In this document: piece by piece, positions 35,743 to 46,319 of the stretch
How the letters are laid out: every line of letters begins with the position of its first letter
How positions within the stretch are numbered: the stretch's first letter is position 1
Source of the DNA: Candidatus Enterousia sp.
GTDB lineage: Bacteria; Pseudomonadota; Alphaproteobacteria; Rs-D84
Assembly: GCA_045586565.1 (NCBI GenBank)
Contig: JAZNAO010000006.1
Coordinates: 1,457 to 65,456, forward strand
Direction of reading: 5' to 3'
DNA: 64,000 bases
The notes under the pieces: generated by a model
Database searches by the model: none
What the model was told of the DNA's origin: nothing
The model's input: only the letters and a program-made list of their open reading frames with translations
Position numbers and translations under genes: made by a program

Positions 35743-36786
35743 TTATTTCTTGGCGTTTTTACGCAACCATGCATAGTGACGCATAAATTCGGTTCCCGGA
35801 CCCGCCGGATATCCCATATGTGATTCGCCGTCTGGGATATTGCGGAAAACACCACTGTTCGCACCAACAGATGCGTCGTTTCCAATCTTAACACCGTTTG
35901 CGACACCAACATGCCCACCCAATAACGCGCGGTCACCAACAACCACACCACCCGCCAGGCCAACGCCACTGGCCAAGAAACATTCTTTACCAATAACAAC
36001 CCCGTGTGCAATCTGGCACAGGTTATCAATTTTTGTTCCGTCGCCAATTGTTGTGTCTGTCATTGCGCCACGATCAATACATGTGTTTGCGCCGACCGAT
36101 ACGCGTTCGCCAATAACAACGCGCCCAACATGTGGGATAAATATATTTTTACCATTTTGGCGTGTGTATCCAAAACCGTCTTTGCCAATAACTGCATTTG
36201 CATTTATCACAGAATCTGCGCCAATTGTGGCGTTTTCAATATGCGCGCCACTGTGCACGATTGTATTGCGCCCCAAAACAACATTGCGTCCGATAAATGC
36301 GCCTGGATAAATCTTGACCCCGGGTTCAATCGCCGCGCCACGTTCAATTGTTGCAAATTGCCCGACATAATTTGTGCGTTTTTTGCGGAAAAATACACCA
36401 CGGTCCAGGTGTGCGTTCTTGCTGATACCAAAGCGTGGTTTTTCGCGATAAATTTCACCCAAAATTTTAACGATATTTCCGCGTGGGCTGTCTGTAATCA
36501 ACAGTGTGGCACCCTTTGGCGCATGTTTTGCCATTTCTGGCTGTACCAAAATCACGGTTGCGCGTGTTTTCTGTAAAACTTCAATTGGTAATATTTTGAA
36601 CGCATTGCTGTTTTGTTCTGTGGAATAGAACGCCAATTGCCCCGCACGCGCATCGGCAATCGGCGCCACCCCGCGCACAGGTTCGCTTGCATTACCGCGT
36701 AATTCCAGACCAAATTTGGTCGCCAAAGCCCCGGCTGTGGTTTTGTTTGCCGCCGGTGAAAACAAAGATCTTAATATTTTCATCAT
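35743..36786 (-). CDS. lpxD: UDP-3-O-acylglucosamine N-acyltransferase LpxD
   Basis: Left-handed beta-helix hexapeptide repeats, LpxD-type N-terminal domain, and lpxD-fabZ synteny. ATG 36786 is preferred over the GTG at 36825. Confidence 0.88.
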   Translation of the reverse strand: MMKILRSLFSPAANKTTAGALATKFGLELRGNASEPVRGVAPIADARAGQLAFYSTEQNSNAFKILPIEVLQKTRATVILVQPEMAKHAPKGATLLITDSPRGNIVKILGEIYREKPRFGISKNAHLDRGVFFRKKRTNYVGQFATIERGAAIEPGVKIYPGAFIGRNVVLGRNTIVHSGAHIENATIGADSVINANAVIGKDGFGYTRQNGKNIFIPHVGRVVIGERVSVGANTCIDRGAMTDTTIGDGTKIDNLCQIAHGVVIGKECFLASGVGLAGGVVVGDRALLGGHVGVANGVKIGNDASVGANSGVFRNIPDGESHMGYPAGPGTEFMRHYAWLRKNAKK

Positions 36787-36849
36787 AGTGAACCGATTAT
36801 AGATAAAAAAAATTCTATATTCCACAATTTTATGACATGTATTTTTTTC

Positions 36850-36877
36850 TTGTAATTTTGCGATTCGTATATATAAT
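36850..36877 (+). promoter_or_regulatory. Putative nusA promoter
   Basis: TTGTAA (36850-36855), a 16-nt spacer, then TATAAT (36872-36877). Confidence 0.4.
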
Positions 36878-36906
36878 AAAAGACGTTCTTAAATAAAATT
36901 TTAAGG

Positions 36907-36932
36907 GCGGGGTTGAAAAACCCCGCTCTTTC
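36907..36932 (+). promoter_or_regulatory. Terminator-like hairpin in the nusA 5' leader
   Basis: GCGGGGTT-GAAA-AACCCCGC (8-bp stem, GNRA loop) followed by TCTTTC. It lies between the putative promoter and the nusA RBS. Confidence 0.45.
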
Positions 36933-36967
36933 AGTAAGACATACAATAAATGCAAAGGAGTATATAA

Positions 36968-38506
36968 ATGTCTTTCGTATCGATGCCTCGTCAAGACTTG
37001 TTGTTGGCTATTGATTCTTTGGCCACAGAAAAGATGATTGATCGTGAAATTGTTATTGAATCATTAGAGGCGGCAATCGCTAAAATTGCAAAGCACAAAT
37101 ATGGCGAAGAGTTTAATATCACTGCTGAAATTGATCGCAAAAATGGTGCAATTTATGTAAAACGTTTGTTTGATGTAATTGAATCGCCTGAATCTGTTGG
37201 TGAAGAATATGATGCAAACACAATGTTGACTGTGGCCCAGGCAAAAAAATACTCACAAAATCCATCTGTGGGCGATGTTGTCGAAGATTCTTTGCCAGAA
37301 CCAGAATTTGGTCGTATGGCATTCCAAACGGCAAAGCAAATTATGACTGCGCGCGTTCGTGATGCAGAAAAAGGTCGTCAATATGAAGAATTCAAAGATA
37401 ATATCGGTGATATCATCAGCGGTGTTGTTAAACGCATCGAATTTGGTAATGTTTTTGTTGATATCAATGGCAAGGCCGAAGGTTATATCAAAAGCACAGA
37501 ATTGATTCCTGGTGAACGCTTGGCGGTTGGCGATCGTGTTCGTGCATTGATTATGGATGTTGCACGTTCTAATACAGGTCCCCAGATTTTCTTGACGCGC
37601 ACACATCCAATGTTTATGGAAAAATTGTTTGTCCAAGAAGTGCCTGAAATTTACGAAGGTATCATTAAAATTAAATCTGTATCACGTGCGCCGGGGTCCC
37701 ACGCAAAGATTGCGGTTGAAACCAGCGACCCATCAATTGATGCGGTTGGTATGACTGTTGGTATAAAGGGAACACGTATTCAACCTGTTATCAACGAATG
37801 CCACGGTGAAAAGATTGACGTTATATTGTATTCCGAAGACCCTGCTGTATTTATCGTAAATGCGATGCAGCCTGCCAAGGTCGCTAAAATCATCGTTGAC
37901 GAAGATACACGCAGTGCGGCTGTTGTTGTAAATGAAGATCAACAGTCTTTGGCAATTGGTCGTCGTGGTCAGAATGTTCGTCTGGCGTCTCAATTGACGG
38001 GATGGAATATTGATGTTATGAACGAAACCGAAGAACAAGAACGTCGTGCCAAAGAATTCAAAGAAAAGACAGAACTGTTTATCGGTGGTCTGGACGTTGA
38101 TGAAATGATTGCGCAATTATTGATTACCGAAGGTTTCCGCACAATCGAAGAAATCGCATTTGTTGATATTTCTGAATTGGAAGAAATCGAAGGCTTTAAC
38201 CCAGAATTGGCGGCAGAATTACAGAAACGCGCCAAAGATTATCTGAACAAAATCGAACAAGATTATATTGATAATGGTCATGCGCTGGGTATGTCTGATG
38301 ATTTGTTGAAATTTGACTTTATCAAGCGTCCAACAATCATGAAACTGGGCCAGGCCGGCATCAAATCATTGGAAGATTTGGCAGATTTGGCCACAGATGA
38401 ATTGATTGAAATCTTGGGCGAAGATACAATGTCTAATCGTTTGGCAGGGCGTGTTATTATGAAGGCACGTGAAATCGCATACGATATTAAACAGGACGAC
38501 GAATAA
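36968..38506 (+). CDS. nusA: Transcription termination/antitermination factor NusA
   Basis: S1 and KH regions (IGRRGQNVRLASQLTGWNIDV) and C-terminal acidic repeats. RBS AAAGGAG. Confidence 0.95.
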   Translation: MSFVSMPRQDLLLAIDSLATEKMIDREIVIESLEAAIAKIAKHKYGEEFNITAEIDRKNGAIYVKRLFDVIESPESVGEEYDANTMLTVAQAKKYSQNPSVGDVVEDSLPEPEFGRMAFQTAKQIMTARVRDAEKGRQYEEFKDNIGDIISGVVKRIEFGNVFVDINGKAEGYIKSTELIPGERLAVGDRVRALIMDVARSNTGPQIFLTRTHPMFMEKLFVQEVPEIYEGIIKIKSVSRAPGSHAKIAVETSDPSIDAVGMTVGIKGTRIQPVINECHGEKIDVILYSEDPAVFIVNAMQPAKVAKIIVDEDTRSAAVVVNEDQQSLAIGRRGQNVRLASQLTGWNIDVMNETEEQERRAKEFKEKTELFIGGLDVDEMIAQLLITEGFRTIEEIAFVDISELEEIEGFNPELAAELQKRAKDYLNKIEQDYIDNGHALGMSDDLLKFDFIKRPTIMKLGQAGIKSLEDLADLATDELIEILGEDTMSNRLAGRVIMKAREIAYDIKQDDE

Positions 38507-38581
38507 AATGTTATCAGTGCAAGGTTCATAATTTGAACTTTGCACTTTGAACTTTTAACATTATGAACGGAGTGAATTTAT

Positions 38582-40990
38582 ATGGCAACATTAACACTTG
38601 GAAAATCTGTAACAACTGACGCGGTCCGCAGCAAGAAAGGCGACGCGGTGTTCGTTGAACGCCGTCGTCGTGTTGTTGCACCAAACAGCAAGGAATTACG
38701 CGATGAACCTGTTGTGCCATCTGCACCCAAAAATGCTGCAGATGAAAAATTGCGTGCTGTTTTGGCGGCGGCCAAGGCGCGTGAAGAAGAACGCAAAGCA
38801 CGCGAAGCCGAAGAGGCAGCTGCGGCTGCTGCGCGTGCCGCAGAAATTGAACGTGAAAACCGCGAATATGAACAGGTTAAATCACAATTGGCGGCCCGCG
38901 AAAACGCAGGTGCTAATGTGAACGATGTTGCCGAAGAACCTGTGGCGCAACGCAACACAAAACATTCTGCCACGCCAAAGGTGTTTGTGAACAATGCTGT
39001 CGCAGGACAGGGGCGTAAAAATCGCAATAATGACGATGAAGATACGCACCATAATAAATTCAACAATTCAAAAAAAGATTTTAAAAAGTCTGGTAAAATT
39101 CATTTGCATGATATTGTTATGGGCGATGGTGATGATGACGATGAAATTGGGATTCGTGGTGCAAATCGTCGCCGTTCCGAAGCGTCTTTAAAACGTTTTC
39201 GTGAAAAAGCACGTGCAATATTTTCTGCCCCACAAAAGGTTGAACATGTTGTCACATTGGGTGATACGATTACGGTCAAAGACCTGGCGGCGGCAATGGC
39301 AGAAAAGGTTGGTAATGTTATCAAGAAACTGATGGAAATGGGAATGATGGTGTCTGTGAATCAGTCTATTGATGCGGATACTGCTGAACTTATCGCGGGT
39401 GAATTTGGTGCGACCGTTAAACGTGTTGATGTCAAACCATATGCAGACCAACTTGAACGCGAACCGAATCCAGAAAATCTGACACCACGTGCGCCAGTTG
39501 TGACGGTTGTGGGACACGTTGATCACGGCAAGACATCATTGCTGGACGCGTTCCGTAATGCTAATGTTGCGGCCGGCGAAGCAGGGGGTATTACCCAACA
39601 CGTATCATCGTATGAGGTTAAAACAAAATCTGGCGCAATGATTACGTTCTTGGATACACCGGGTCACGAAACATTTACAGCAATGCGCGCACGTGGTGCC
39701 CAGATGGCAGATATTGTTGTTTTGGTTGTTGCGGCAAACGATTCCATTATGCCACAAACAATCGAAGCAATAAATCACATCCGTGCGGCGAACGTTCCGT
39801 TTATAGTTGCAATCAACAAAATCGATTTACCCGAAGCAAATGCGTTGCGCGTAAAAACAGACCTGTTGCAACAAGAAGTTCAGGTTGAAGAAATGGGTGG
39901 TGATGTTCAATGTGTTGAAATTTCTGCAACCAAAAAAATCGGTTTGGATAAACTGGAAGAAGCGATTTTATTGCAGGCCGAAATGATGGAATTAAAAGCA
40001 GATGCACAAATGCCTGCGGTTGCATATGTGGTCGAAGCCAAACAAGAAAAAGGTTTGGGGGCGGTTGCAACTGTTTTAATGCGCCAAGGTACATTGAAAA
40101 TTGGTGATGTGTTTGTGGTTGGTGAAACATTTGGTCGTGTTCGCGGATTGATAAATTCGTCTGGTGAACGCGTGAAATCTGTGCGCCCTGGTCAGCCTGC
40201 GGTTGTTTTGGGATTGAATACCGTGCCAGGGGCTGGGGATGAATTGCGTGTCATGGAAACCGAAGCGCAAACACGTGAAGTGGCGGCATATCGTGCCCAG
40301 AAAACTAAAGACAAGGCAAACGCTGTTAAACGTTCGTCTTTGGAAGAATTATTCGCCAAACGTGACGAAACGAAAAAATTGATTTTGCCAATAATCTTGC
40401 GTGCAGATGTTCAAGGTTCTGTCGAAGCAATTACAGATATGGTCAAAGAAATAAATACTGATAAGGTCGGTGTAGAAGTTCTGTCGTCTGGTGTTGGTCA
40501 AATTACCGAAGGTGATATACGTTTGGCAACGGCATCTGGGGCTGTAATTATTGCGTTTAACGTCCGTGCAGATTCTGTTGTGCGTGATATGGCACGCAGT
40601 AATGGTGTTGATATTCGCTATCACAGTGTTGTATATCGTATCACAGATGAAATCAAAGAAATACTGTCTGGCAAATTGGCGCCTGAAAAACATGAAACGT
40701 TTATTGGGTATGCCGATGTTATCGCGTTGTTTACTGTGGGCAAGGGTATACGTGTTGCCGGATGTCGCATGACCGAAGGTGTAATCAAGAAAGATGCGTT
40801 CGTACGTTTGTTGCGTAATAATGTCGTTATATATGACGGCAAAATCGGACAACTGCGTCGTGAAAAGAACGAAGTCAAAGAAGTGTCTGGTGGCGTTGAA
40901 TTCGGTATGTCTTTTGACAAGTATAATGACTTGAAAGAAGGCGACCGCGTTGAATGTTACGAGGTTGAAGAAGTTCGTGCACAAATATAG
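38582..40990 (+). CDS. infB: Translation initiation factor IF-2
   Basis: G-domain motifs [20 protein letters not shown] and NKID. nusA-infB synteny. Confidence 0.95.
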   Translation: MATLTLGKSVTTDAVRSKKGDAVFVERRRRVVAPNSKELRDEPVVPSAPKNAADEKLRAVLAAAKAREEERKAREAEEAAAAAARAAEIERENREYEQVKSQLAARENAGANVNDVAEEPVAQRNTKHSATPKVFVNNAVAGQGRKNRNNDDEDTHHNKFNNSKKDFKKSGKIHLHDIVMGDGDDDDEIGIRGANRRRSEASLKRFREKARAIFSAPQKVEHVVTLGDTITVKDLAAAMAEKVGNVIKKLMEMGMMVSVNQSIDADTAELIAGEFGATVKRVDVKPYADQLEREPNPENLTPRAPVVTVVGHVDHGKTSLLDAFRNANVAAGEAGGITQHVSSYEVKTKSGAMITFLDTPGHETFTAMRARGAQMADIVVLVVAANDSIMPQTIEAINHIRAANVPFIVAINKIDLPEANALRVKTDLLQQEVQVEEMGGDVQCVEISATKKIGLDKLEEAILLQAEMMELKADAQMPAVAYVVEAKQEKGLGAVATVLMRQGTLKIGDVFVVGETFGRVRGLINSSGERVKSVRPGQPAVVLGLNTVPGAGDELRVMETEAQTREVAAYRAQKTKDKANAVKRSSLEELFAKRDETKKLILPIILRADVQGSVEAITDMVKEINTDKVGVEVLSSGVGQITEGDIRLATASGAVIIAFNVRADSVVRDMARSNGVDIRYHSVVYRITDEIKEILSGKLAPEKHETFIGYADVIALFTVGKGIRVAGCRMTEGVIKKDAFVRLLRNNVVIYDGKIGQLRREKNEVKEVSGGVEFGMSFDKYNDLKEGDRVECYEVEEVRAQI

Positions 40991-41005
40991 CCCAAGGATA
41001 AATAA

Positions 41006-41602
41006 ATGTTAAAAAAAACCACAGTCGTTTTGTTCGATTTTGATGGCACATTATCATGTCGCGATTCAAATGTTGCATTTGCAAAATATTGTTTCCGCCA
41101 CAGTATTCGTCCATGGTTTTTTCTGCCGCTGATGGGTGTATGCGCGATATCGCGTTTGTTTGTGCCTGATGGTATTTGGTGGCGTGAAAACATTCGTCGT
41201 TTTTTGACACCGCAAATGGTTAAAAAATTTGCGCCTGGATTTATCAAACAGCATAAATTGGAACGATTTGGGTGGGCCAAAGAACGTGTGCAATCTGAAC
41301 GTGATGCTGGTCACAAGGTTTTAATGGTTTCGGCCAGTCCTGATTACCTGTTGCGTCCATTGGTTCGCGATATGAAATTCGATGCGGTATTTTGTTCTGA
41401 AATGGACAAGCAGAAACCATGGAAATACGAATTTTTATGCTGGGGTAAAAACAAGGTTTTGATTATGGACGAATGGGCCAAAGAAAATAAAATTATTCCA
41501 CATGTAATTCGTGCATATTCGGACAGCAAATCAGATTTACCAATGATGGAAATCGCCGAAGAACAGGTCTGGATTGATCCGAAAACAGGTATGCGAAAAT
41601 AA
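41006..41602 (+). CDS. HAD-superfamily (subfamily IB-like) phosphatase
   Basis: Motif I LFDFDGTLS, a Ser/Thr motif (VSASP), and a C-terminal YSDSKSD. Confidence 0.6.
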   Translation: MLKKTTVVLFDFDGTLSCRDSNVAFAKYCFRHSIRPWFFLPLMGVCAISRLFVPDGIWWRENIRRFLTPQMVKKFAPGFIKQHKLERFGWAKERVQSERDAGHKVLMVSASPDYLLRPLVRDMKFDAVFCSEMDKQKPWKYEFLCWGKNKVLIMDEWAKENKIIPHVIRAYSDSKSDLPMMEIAEEQVWIDPKTGMRK

Positions 41603-41642
41603 ACCCAGTGTTTTAATTATTTGTTCGTGTTAAAGTGTTTCT

Positions 41643-41900
41643 ATGGCATTGATAGAAACACTTTTTGATTTATTGGTGGCATCTGCGGGTGCGATTGTCG
41701 GTGTGTTGTTTGGATTGTTCCTGGAACGTAAACGGCGTCGCCAAATGGCAAATCAATTGATTGTCAGTCGTCAAACATTGGATAAAGTAAAATTGGAAAA
41801 CGAACGATTATTGGAAACAATACGCGAAAAAGAAAATCTGATTTTACAAATGGAAATGCAAATTCTGGGACGGCGTTCGCGCGCACGAAAAAAGAAATAA
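41643..41900 (+). CDS. Small membrane-anchored coiled-coil protein (85 aa)
   Basis: One N-terminal TM helix, a basic patch, then heptad-like helical sequence. Function unknown. Confidence 0.35.
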   Translation: MALIETLFDLLVASAGAIVGVLFGLFLERKRRRQMANQLIVSRQTLDKVKLENERLLETIREKENLILQMEMQILGRRSRARKKK

Positions 41901-41938
41901 TTGCAAATATATATTTTTTGTCTTAAAATTTGCGTATT

Positions 41939-43984
41939 ATGAAATTAAAGAAATTTTTTCGATTTTTATTGAATTTTTTCTTTTGGGCGTTTGTTGTTGG
42001 AATCGCGTCTTTGGCGGTATTGATTTTAATATATGGAAATGATTTGCCTGATTATAAAAAATTGGCAACGTATGCGCCACCGGTTGCGACACGTCTGTAT
42101 GCGTCTGATGGCTCATTGTTGATTGAATATGCCGAAGAACGTCGTGTGTTTATTGATTATGCAGATATGCCGTCTCAGTTGGTCAATGCGTTTATTGCGG
42201 CCGAAGATCAAAATTTCTGGACACATCCTGGCATTGATATCCAGGGTATTTCACGTGCGTTGGTAAACAATGCGATGCGTATGGTGGGGTATGATACGAC
42301 TTTATCTGGTGCATCCACAATAACACAACAGGTGGCAAAAAATTTCTTTTTAACATCAGAACGCACGATATCGCGCAAAATTAAAGAAGCGATTTTGGCA
42401 TTGCGTCTGGAACGCACATTTTCCAAAGAACATATTTTAACATTGTATATGAATCAGATATTCTTGGGTGCACGTGCATATGGTGTTGGTTCTGCGGCAT
42501 TGATGTATTTTAATAAACCTGTATCTGAATTGACGTTGGCAGAATGTGCGTTTTTGGCATCTTTGCCCAAGGCACCAAATAATCGCACCCGTGCGGTTGA
42601 ACGTCGTAATTATGTTCTGCGACGTATGGTCGAAGAAGGTTTTATTACACAATCTGATGCAGATGTGGCCGCGTCCGAAGAATTAAATATCAACAGTGGT
42701 TTTACCGCCCAGATGGCCGAAGAATTCCAATACTTTGCCGAAGATGTTCGCCGTCAATTGTTGGGGACATTGGGACGTGAAACACTGTATAATCAGGGTT
42801 TGTATATAAAAACAACAATTGTTCCTGAATTGCAAATTGCGGCCTCTAATGCGCTGAACAAAGAATTGGATGCGTATAACACCGGTCGTAATGAAGATGA
42901 TAAATTACAAGGTGCGATAATTGCCATGAATCCACATACGGGTCGTATTGTGGCAATGGCGGGCGGTCGTTCTTTTAACGACAGTTCGTTTAACCGCGCC
43001 ACCCAGGCATATCGTCAAATTGGTTCAACAATAAAACCGTTTGTATACTTGGCGGCGTTGGAACGTGGATATACGCCACAAACAATGATTTTGGATGCAC
43101 CAATTGTTGGCTGGCGCGAAGATGACACGTTGTGGAAGCCTGAAAATTATGACAAGAAATTCTTGGGCGATGTGCCGTTGCGTTTGTCGTTGGAAACATC
43201 ACGTAATGTTCCGACGGTTCGTCTGGTGGAACAGATTGGTACCCAAAACGCGATTGAGGTGGCCCAGCGTTTCGGTGTATATCCCGCCGATATGAAGAAT
43301 ATGAATTTATCAATGGCATTGGGTTCTGGTGAAACAACATTGGAAAAATTAGTTTTGGGGTATTCGGCATTTATCAATGGCGGTCGTGCGATAAAATCCA
43401 AATTGGTTGACTATATCGAAGACAGATATGGACGTGTTATTGATGGCGCGTCACTGGATTTGGTTGAATGGACTGACGATTTAACGCCACCTGAAATGGT
43501 TGTTGAATCTGAACCATTATCTGATGCGCACAGTTTGTATCAAATGGTGTCTATTTTACAGGGTGCAGTTGAACGTGGCACCGGGAAACAAGCGCGTGTA
43601 TCTGGACATACAATTGCGGGCAAGACAGGTACCACAAATGATGTCAAAGATGTTTGGTTTATCGGTTTTTCCAAAGATTTAATTGCGGGTGTATACCTGG
43701 GGTTTGACACACCAAAGCCTTTGGGGCGTGGTGCGGGTTCGCATATGGCTGCGCGCGTTTTTGCAGATTTTATGCGTGTTGCGTTGGCTGATGCCAAGAA
43801 TCAGCCTTTTTCGGTTCCAGATGGCCTGACATTTATGCGTGTCAATCGGCGCAGTGGGGCATCTGCCACCGCGGACCCGGATGGGACAATTATCTTAGAG
43901 GCATTCAAGCCTGGTCAATCACCAAATCCTGCACCAAAACAAAAAACGGCTGTCAAAGGACCTGTGGTTGGCGGTGTGTTTTAA
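41939..43984 (+). CDS. mrcA: Penicillin-binding protein 1A (bifunctional transglycosylase/transpeptidase)
   Basis: GT51 motifs EDQNFWTHPGID and RKIKE. Transpeptidase motifs STIKP, SRN and KTGTTN. ATG 41939 is preferred over TTG 41930. Confidence 0.88.
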   Translation: MKLKKFFRFLLNFFFWAFVVGIASLAVLILIYGNDLPDYKKLATYAPPVATRLYASDGSLLIEYAEERRVFIDYADMPSQLVNAFIAAEDQNFWTHPGIDIQGISRALVNNAMRMVGYDTTLSGASTITQQVAKNFFLTSERTISRKIKEAILALRLERTFSKEHILTLYMNQIFLGARAYGVGSAALMYFNKPVSELTLAECAFLASLPKAPNNRTRAVERRNYVLRRMVEEGFITQSDADVAASEELNINSGFTAQMAEEFQYFAEDVRRQLLGTLGRETLYNQGLYIKTTIVPELQIAASNALNKELDAYNTGRNEDDKLQGAIIAMNPHTGRIVAMAGGRSFNDSSFNRATQAYRQIGSTIKPFVYLAALERGYTPQTMILDAPIVGWREDDTLWKPENYDKKFLGDVPLRLSLETSRNVPTVRLVEQIGTQNAIEVAQRFGVYPADMKNMNLSMALGSGETTLEKLVLGYSAFINGGRAIKSKLVDYIEDRYGRVIDGASLDLVEWTDDLTPPEMVVESEPLSDAHSLYQMVSILQGAVERGTGKQARVSGHTIAGKTGTTNDVKDVWFIGFSKDLIAGVYLGFDTPKPLGRGAGSHMAARVFADFMRVALADAKNQPFSVPDGLTFMRVNRRSGASATADPDGTIILEAFKPGQSPNPAPKQKTAVKGPVVGGVF

Positions 43985-44052
43985 TTCGTATAATACCATT
44001 TGTTTATTCAAAGTTTTGTGATAGAATGTTTGCATAAGGAAAGGATTTTATT

Positions 44053-45141
44053 ATGCTGACGGATTATTTTTTTAATTATGGATTGTCATTTTTTGCCAGT
44101 GGTTGGACTCAGTTTGCTGGTGGTTTCTTTGTTGCATTTTTAACACTTTTGTTGCTGGGCAAACCGTTTATCGGTGCGATGCATGTGTTACAGAAAAAAG
44201 GACAACCAATCAGTGAAAATGTTCCAAATGCCCATCGTAAAAAGGCGGGGACCCCAACAATGGGGGGGCTGTTGATTATTTTTGCAATTGTTTTGGGCAG
44301 TATTTTATTTATGCCATTGTCAAATCCAACAGGTTGGATTGCGTTGGCGGCACTGATAATGTTCGGCGCATTGGGTTTTGTTGATGATTATAAAAAGGTT
44401 GTATCTCAATCCAAAAAGGCAGCAAACGGTCTGTCGCCATTTACGCGTTTGTTTGTCGAAGGTATATTTGTCGTTATCTTGGCGTATTTGATAAATCAAA
44501 CAATGCCACCATATATTCCGGAATATTCGTTGGCAATTGGCGCAGGTATAATTTTGCCGTTGGGGTTATTATATTATATTTTTGCATATTTTGTAATTTG
44601 TGGCAGTGCCAATGCCACCAACATCACAGATGGTTTGGATGGTATGTTGGCAAAGTTATATATGCCTGTATTGGTTGTTTTGGTTGTGGCGCTATATGGT
44701 GCAACGCGTATTGGATTTATGGATACGGTAATGTTCTTGCCGATGGCCAGTGGTCTGTATGCAGTTCTGGGGGCGGCATTTGGCGCAGTGTTGGGTTTTC
44801 TGTGGTATAATGCTAAGCCTGCATCGATATTTATGGGGGACGTTGGTTCATTGGCGTTGGGCGGATTTATGGGAACGGTTGCAATGTTGTTAAAGTCTGA
44901 AATTATTATGGGGATTGCTGCCGGTATGATGGTTTTGATTTTACTGTCATCATTTATCCAGACAATGTATTTCAAGATCACGCGCAAATTGACTGGTACC
45001 GGTCGCCGTGTGTTCTTGCGCGCACCATTGCATCATCATTTTGAAGAATTAGGGTGGGCCGAAACAAAAATCGTAGAGCGCTTTTTCGTATTGTCTATTC
45101 TGTTTTCTGGATTGGCACTGGTATTATTAAAATTTGCATAA
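44053..45141 (+). CDS. mraY: Phospho-N-acetylmuramoyl-pentapeptide transferase
   Basis: NATNITDGLDG and HHHFE motifs in a ten-TM layout. Confidence 0.92.
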   Translation: MLTDYFFNYGLSFFASGWTQFAGGFFVAFLTLLLLGKPFIGAMHVLQKKGQPISENVPNAHRKKAGTPTMGGLLIIFAIVLGSILFMPLSNPTGWIALAALIMFGALGFVDDYKKVVSQSKKAANGLSPFTRLFVEGIFVVILAYLINQTMPPYIPEYSLAIGAGIILPLGLLYYIFAYFVICGSANATNITDGLDGMLAKLYMPVLVVLVVALYGATRIGFMDTVMFLPMASGLYAVLGAAFGAVLGFLWYNAKPASIFMGDVGSLALGGFMGTVAMLLKSEIIMGIAAGMMVLILLSSFIQTMYFKITRKLTGTGRRVFLRAPLHHHFEELGWAETKIVERFFVLSILFSGLALVLLKFA

Positions 45142-45157
45142 ATATAGTTGTATCGCA

Positions 45158-46315
45158 ATGAAGTTTGTAGACCGCACAGAAGAAAGTACTTTGACCAGTT
45201 GGTATTTTGAAACAGATCGTCGTCTGTTGTGGTGTGTGCTGACAATGATTTTGTTGTCGGTCGTGTTTGTTATATCGGCCGGTTCAATCAAGGCCGAACA
45301 TATGGGCGAAGCATGGTATTATTTTCTGGTCAAGGCGATACCATTTTACACACTGGGTATAATAACATTATTGATAACCAGTTTTTTAAATAAAAAGCAG
45401 GTGTTATGGTTGGCGGGTGCAAATTTGGCGTTTGGGTTGGGGTTATTGCCACTAACGGTTGTTGCGCCACATGTTATAAATAACTCTGCGCGATTTGTGT
45501 CGCTGGGCGGATTTAATATTATGCCGTCGGACATTATGAAGCCTGGCTTTATTATTATGACCGCGTATTTTTTATCGCGTATGAAAGATCGATATGGCGC
45601 GAATATATTCTTTAACAAAGACGCGTGGCGATTTGACACGTGGCTAAGTTGGGTGTATTACCTGGCATTATTTTTATTGGTCTTGTTCGTGATATTTAAT
45701 CATCCAGACTTTGGAACATCTATTTTATATTTGGCGGTATTTTCTGCGATGATATTTATTGCAGGACTACCACTGGTTTTAATCCCAGTATTGGGCGGAT
45801 TGGGACTGTTTATGTTGGTTGTTGCGTTCTTTACGCTGGGGCACGTCCATCGTCGTATAATTGCGTTCTTTACAGGTTCTGGTGACACGTACCAGGTTGA
45901 TAATTCTGTTGATTCAATTCGTCATGGTGGGCTGTTGGGGTCTGGTGATGACGCGTTTGTAAAACAATACCTGCCTGACGTTCATACAGACTTTATCTTT
46001 GCGGCCATCGCCGAAGATTTAGGTGCGATAATGGCGTGTGGTTTATTGGTATTACTGTTTTATGTTTTTCGTCGTTTAATAAAGAATGCAACCAATGCGC
46101 GTGATTTGTTTGTATTATATGCCACAGGTGGCACGGCGGCATTATTCGGCACCCAGATATGTTTTAACATGTTGACAACATTAAATCTGTTTGCGCCCAA
46201 AGGTATGACATTGCCATTTATATCATACGGTGGCAGTTCGCTGTTGGCATATTGTCTGCTGTTTGGGATGATATTGGCTCTAATTCGTGAAGATAAATGG
46301 AAATCAAAGGAATGA
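45158..46315 (+). CDS. ftsW: Cell division/peptidoglycan polymerase FtsW (SEDS family)
   Basis: PDVHTDFIFAAIAEDLG and ...PFISYGGSS motifs. ATG 45158 is preferred over TTG 45134. Confidence 0.85.
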   Translation: MKFVDRTEESTLTSWYFETDRRLLWCVLTMILLSVVFVISAGSIKAEHMGEAWYYFLVKAIPFYTLGIITLLITSFLNKKQVLWLAGANLAFGLGLLPLTVVAPHVINNSARFVSLGGFNIMPSDIMKPGFIIMTAYFLSRMKDRYGANIFFNKDAWRFDTWLSWVYYLALFLLVLFVIFNHPDFGTSILYLAVFSAMIFIAGLPLVLIPVLGGLGLFMLVVAFFTLGHVHRRIIAFFTGSGDTYQVDNSVDSIRHGGLLGSGDDAFVKQYLPDVHTDFIFAAIAEDLGAIMACGLLVLLFYVFRRLIKNATNARDLFVLYATGGTAALFGTQICFNMLTTLNLFAPKGMTLPFISYGGSSLLAYCLLFGMILALIREDKWKSKE

Positions 46316-46319
46316 TGCT

